Source: Hemiscyllium ocellatum
Taxonomy: Eukaryota
Reading direction: 5' to 3'
Length of the DNA stretch: 64,000 nt
NCBI RefSeq assembly: GCF_020745735.1
Contig: NW_026869095.1
Coordinates: forward strand, 248,001 to 312,000
The first letter of the stretch is position 1; each line of letters opens with the position of its first letter. The notes under the pieces are model-generated. The model saw only the letters and a list, made by a program, of their open reading frames with translations. It made no database searches and was not told where the DNA came from. This document shows positions 60,615 through 64,000 of this stretch, in pieces. A program made the translations under genes and the position numbers.

Positions 60615-62020
60615 CACCGTAGGAGGGTCAGTGCTGAGAGAGCGGGCGCTGTGGGAGGGTCAGTGCTGAGGGAGTGGGTCCTGTGGGAGGGTCAGTGCTG
60701 AGGGAGCGGGCGCTGTGGGAGGGTCAGTGCTGAGGGAGTGGGTGCTGTGGGAGGGTCAGCGCTGAGGGAGGGTCAGTGCTGAGGGAGTGGATGCTGTGGG
60801 AGGGTCAGTGCTGAGGGAGTGGGTCCTGTGGGAGGGTCAGTGCTGAGGGAGCGGGCGCTGTGGGAGGATCAGTGCTGAGGGAGTGGGTGCTGTGGGAGGG
60901 TCAGTGCTGAGGGAGCGGGCGATGTGGGAGGGTCAGTACTGAGGGTGTGGGTGCTGTGGGAGGGTCGGTGCTGAGGTAGTTGGTGCTGTGGGAGGGTCAG
61001 TGCTGAGGGAGCGGGCGCTGTGGGAGGGTCAGTGCTGAGGGAGTGGGTGCTGTGGGAGGGTCAGCGCTGAGGGAGCGGGCGATGTGAGAGGGTCAGTCCT
61101 GTGGGAGGGTCAGTGCTGATGGAGCGGGTGCTGTGAGGGTCAGCGCTGAGGGAGCGGACACTGTGGGACGGTCAGTGCTGAGGGAGCGGGCGCTGTGGGA
61201 GGGTCAGCGCTGAGGGAGCGGGTGCTGTGGGAGGGTCAGTGCTGAGGGAGCGGGTGCTGTGTGAGGGTCAGTGCTGAGGGAGTGGACGCTGTGGGAGGGT
61301 CAGTGCTGTGGGAGGGTCAGTGCTGAGGTAGTGGGTGCTGTGGGGGGGGGTCATCGCTGAAGGAGCGGGTGCTGTGGGAGGGTCAGCGCTGAGGGAACGG
61401 GTGCTGTGGGAGGGTCAGCGCTGATGGAGCGGGTGCTGTGAGGGTCAGCGCTGAGGGAGCAGACACTGTGGGACGGTCAGTGCTGAGGGAGCGGGCCCTG
61501 TGGGAGGGTCAGCGCTGAGGTAGCGGGCGCTGTGGGTCAGCGCTGAGGGAACGGGTGCTGTGGGAGGGTCAGCGCTGAGGGCACCGGCGCTGTGGGAGGG
61601 TCATTGCTGAGGGTGCGGGCGCTGTGGGAGGGTCAGCGCTGAGGGCACCGGCGCTGTGGGAGGGTCATTGCTGAGGGAGTGGGTGCTTTGGGAGGGTCAG
61701 CGCTGAGGGAGTGGGTGCTTTGGGAGGGTCAGCGCTGAGGGAGCGGGTGCTGTGGGAGGGTCAGTACTGAGGGAGTGGGTGCTGTGGGAGGGTCAGCGCT
61801 GAGGGAACGGGTGCTGTGGGAGGGTCAGCGCTGAGGGCACCGGCGCTGTGGGAGGGTCAGCGCTGAGGGAGTGGGTGCTTTGGGAGGGTCAGCGCTGAGG
61901 GAGTGGGTGCTTTGGGAGGGTCAGCGCTGAGGGAGCGGGTGCTGTGGGAGGGTCAGTGCTGAGGGAGTGGGTGCTGTGGGAGGGTCGGTGCTGTGGGAGG
62001 GTCAGCGCTGAGGGAGCGGG
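60615..62020. repeat. 32-bp minisatellite, reverse orientation (G-rich on plus), in a DHX34 intron
   Basis: GGGAGGGTCAGTGCTGAGGGAGTGGGTGCTGT units. Confidence 0.95.
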
Positions 62021-62164
62021 TGTTTTCTCTACCCTTCTTGGTCTTTGTGTGTGTCATTCCCACTGTCCCTGAATCATTTCCTTCCTCCCTTTGCTCGTCC
62101 CTGTGTCTCCGGGACGCTCGGTCCCTGGTGCACTGTTCCGATCTGATGTGTTCTCCTGTTACAG

Positions 62165-62276
62165 ATCTTTCACACCAGACATTTGCAAGGGGTCGTCCTC
62201 CACCCCAGCAGCATCTACAGCAGCAAGCCCTCTCTCCTTCACCCCAGACAGGACAAACACCGCAGGCAAGAGCAGG
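62165..62276 (+). CDS. DHX34: DHX34 internal exon
   Basis: TACAG|IFHTRHLQGVVLHPSSIYSSKP...|GTAAG; 112 bp, phase 0/1. Confidence 0.88.
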
Positions 62277-62476
62277 GTAAGACTGGGCACACCACGGTAC
62301 AACACAGGTATTCACACTGGGTCACCGCCAGCGACGTTCGATCCGTCAAACACTCCCAGGGACAGGGATCCCGCCCTTGGAGCTGCGGGCGTTGACACTG
62401 AGTCTGGCAGAGAGAGGGGGGCTGGTGGGCTGTGGTAACACCTTTCCTTCTACCCCCCCACCCTCGCCCATTCCAG

Positions 62477-62583
62477 GTTCAGAGGATGACGAGTGCCCCC
62501 AGCAACGGCTGCTTGCCTATGTGTCCCTGCTAGAGACCAACAAGCCCTACCTGGTGAACTGCGTCGACGTGCCTGCGCTGCAG
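62477..62583 (+). CDS. DHX34: DHX34 internal exon
   Basis: TCCAG|..[26 protein letters not shown]|GTGAGT; 107 bp, phase 1/0. Confidence 0.92.
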
Positions 62584-63003
62584 GTGAGTGTGCGCTCGCG
62601 CCACCCCCCTCCTCCTTCCGTCCCGAAACTGAGGGAGTGCCCCACTGAGAGAAAAGGCCATAGGGCGTCGGGTCCCTCGGTGTTACCCTCCCTTGCGACC
62701 GTTAAGGGCGAGAGCCAACTTGCAACGAGCGCTCAGCTGGGGGGGGAACGCACTGGTTGATGACGAGCGGTGGTTAACGGCCGAGCCCTGTTTGGGTTTG
62801 AGTCTCGCTCCCCAACCGGGGGGGGGGGGAAATCTCGTTTCTGCAGGGTGTGAGGGGGGAGATGCCCCGCTCCTGCAGGGAGAACGGGGGAGACTCACTC
62901 CCGCGGGGAGAGAGAGAGAGGGAGGGGAGAGCGGTGCAGGTAGCGGCATGCCTGTTTCAATCCTGGAAACGTAAGCCCGTGCTGTCCGGTCTCCCTCCCC
63001 CAG

Positions 63004-63249
63004 ACCCTGCTGCTGCTGGGCTGCTCAGTGGACACCAACGCCGACTGCTCCCGGATGGTGGTGGACAGCTGGCTGGAGGTGACCGTGCCCGAGCCTGCGG
63101 CAGGCACAACCTTGCTGACCACTGCCCGGAGACTCCGGGAGGCCTGGGAGCAGGCCCTGACCGAACAGCTGGAGGGGCGCGCCGAGACGGCGCTCGGGAG
63201 AGCCAGCGGGAAACTGCGCCGGGAGCTGGTGGGCTTCCTGGAGAGCCAG
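63004..63249 (+). CDS. DHX34: DHX34 internal exon
   Basis: CCCAG|TLLLLGCSVDTNADCSRMVVDSWLEV...FLESQ|GTGAG; 246 bp, phase 0/0. Confidence 0.9.
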
Positions 63250-63429
63250 GTGAGGGGGCGAGGGCTCAGTCCGAATGAAAGCACGATCGTGTGTGTGTGT
63301 GTGAGAGAGAGAGAGAGACCCTGCTGTTCTGGCATTATTCACAGAGAGAGAGAGAAACAGCCAGAGTTCAGGATCTTCGTGCCCCGACGCATTATTCCCC
63401 TCGACTTCACGAGGAAAAAAATATCCTCA

Positions 63430-64000
63430 GTCTCCTCACGGAAAGATGTTGTGAAAGGATTCAGGGAAGATTTACGAGGATGTTAGAGAGGGTTTGAGCT
63501 CCAGGGAGAGGCTGGATAGGCCGGGGGCTGTTTTCCCCGGAGCGTCGGGGGCTGAGGGGTGACCTTATAGAGGTTTATAAAATCATGAGGGGGTCATGGA
63601 TAGGGTAAATAGACAAGGTCTTTTCCCCCTGGGGTGGGGGAGCCCAGAACTAGAGGGTTATAAAATCATGAGGGGGTCATGGATAGGGTAAATAGACAAG
63701 GTCTTTTCCCCCTGGGGTGGGGGAGCCCAGAACTAGAGGTTTATAAAATCATGAGGGGGGGACATGGATAGGGTAAATAGACAAGGTCTTTTCCCTCTGG
63801 GGTGGGGGGAGCCCAGAACTAGAGGGCGTAGGTTTAGGGTGAGAGGGAAAAGATATAAAAGAGAGCTAAGGGGCAACTTTTCCCCCAGAGGGTGGTGCGT
63901 GTGTGGAACGAGCTGCCAGAGGAAGTGGTGGGGGCTGGTACAATGACAACATTTAAGAGGCATTTGGATGGGGATATGAATAGGAAGGGTTTGGAGGGAG
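63430..64000 (+). mobile_element. CR1 3' fragment with an internal 83-bp triplication
   Basis: LRGDLIEVYKIMRG motif; TATAAAATCATGAGG at 63576, 63659, 63742. Confidence 0.88.

Overview
Repeat-rich eukaryotic DNA. The HE1/V-SINE, CR1, L1 and Penelope-type repeats suggest a cartilaginous fish, probably a shark (inference). The window holds two near-identical copies of an >=8.1 kb segment about 41.26 kb apart (1-8107 and 41263-49373). Each carries an intact single-coding-exon 360-aa anaphylatoxin-receptor-like GPCR (C5aR1/C3aR family, minus strand). The two proteins differ only at two adjacent TM6 residues (GL vs SV). Between the copies lie about 20 kb of a 52-bp satellite with higher-order structure, a full-length but inactivated L1 inserted in that satellite, an orphan CpG-rich CCAAT/CHR/MYB promoter-like module, several Penelope-like elements with minimal hammerhead ribozymes (two as fold-back palindromes with TSDs), and decayed CR1, SINE and Gypsy fragments. 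The right end has the last two coding exons of FGD1 (minus strand) directly followed by four internal 3' exons of DHX34 (plus strand). Neither gene's 5' part is visible, implying interleaved genes, a rearrangement or an assembly join. A 32-bp G-quadruplex minisatellite sits in introns of all three genes, always G-rich on the sense strand. Gene and family names come from recalled motifs; no searches were run.
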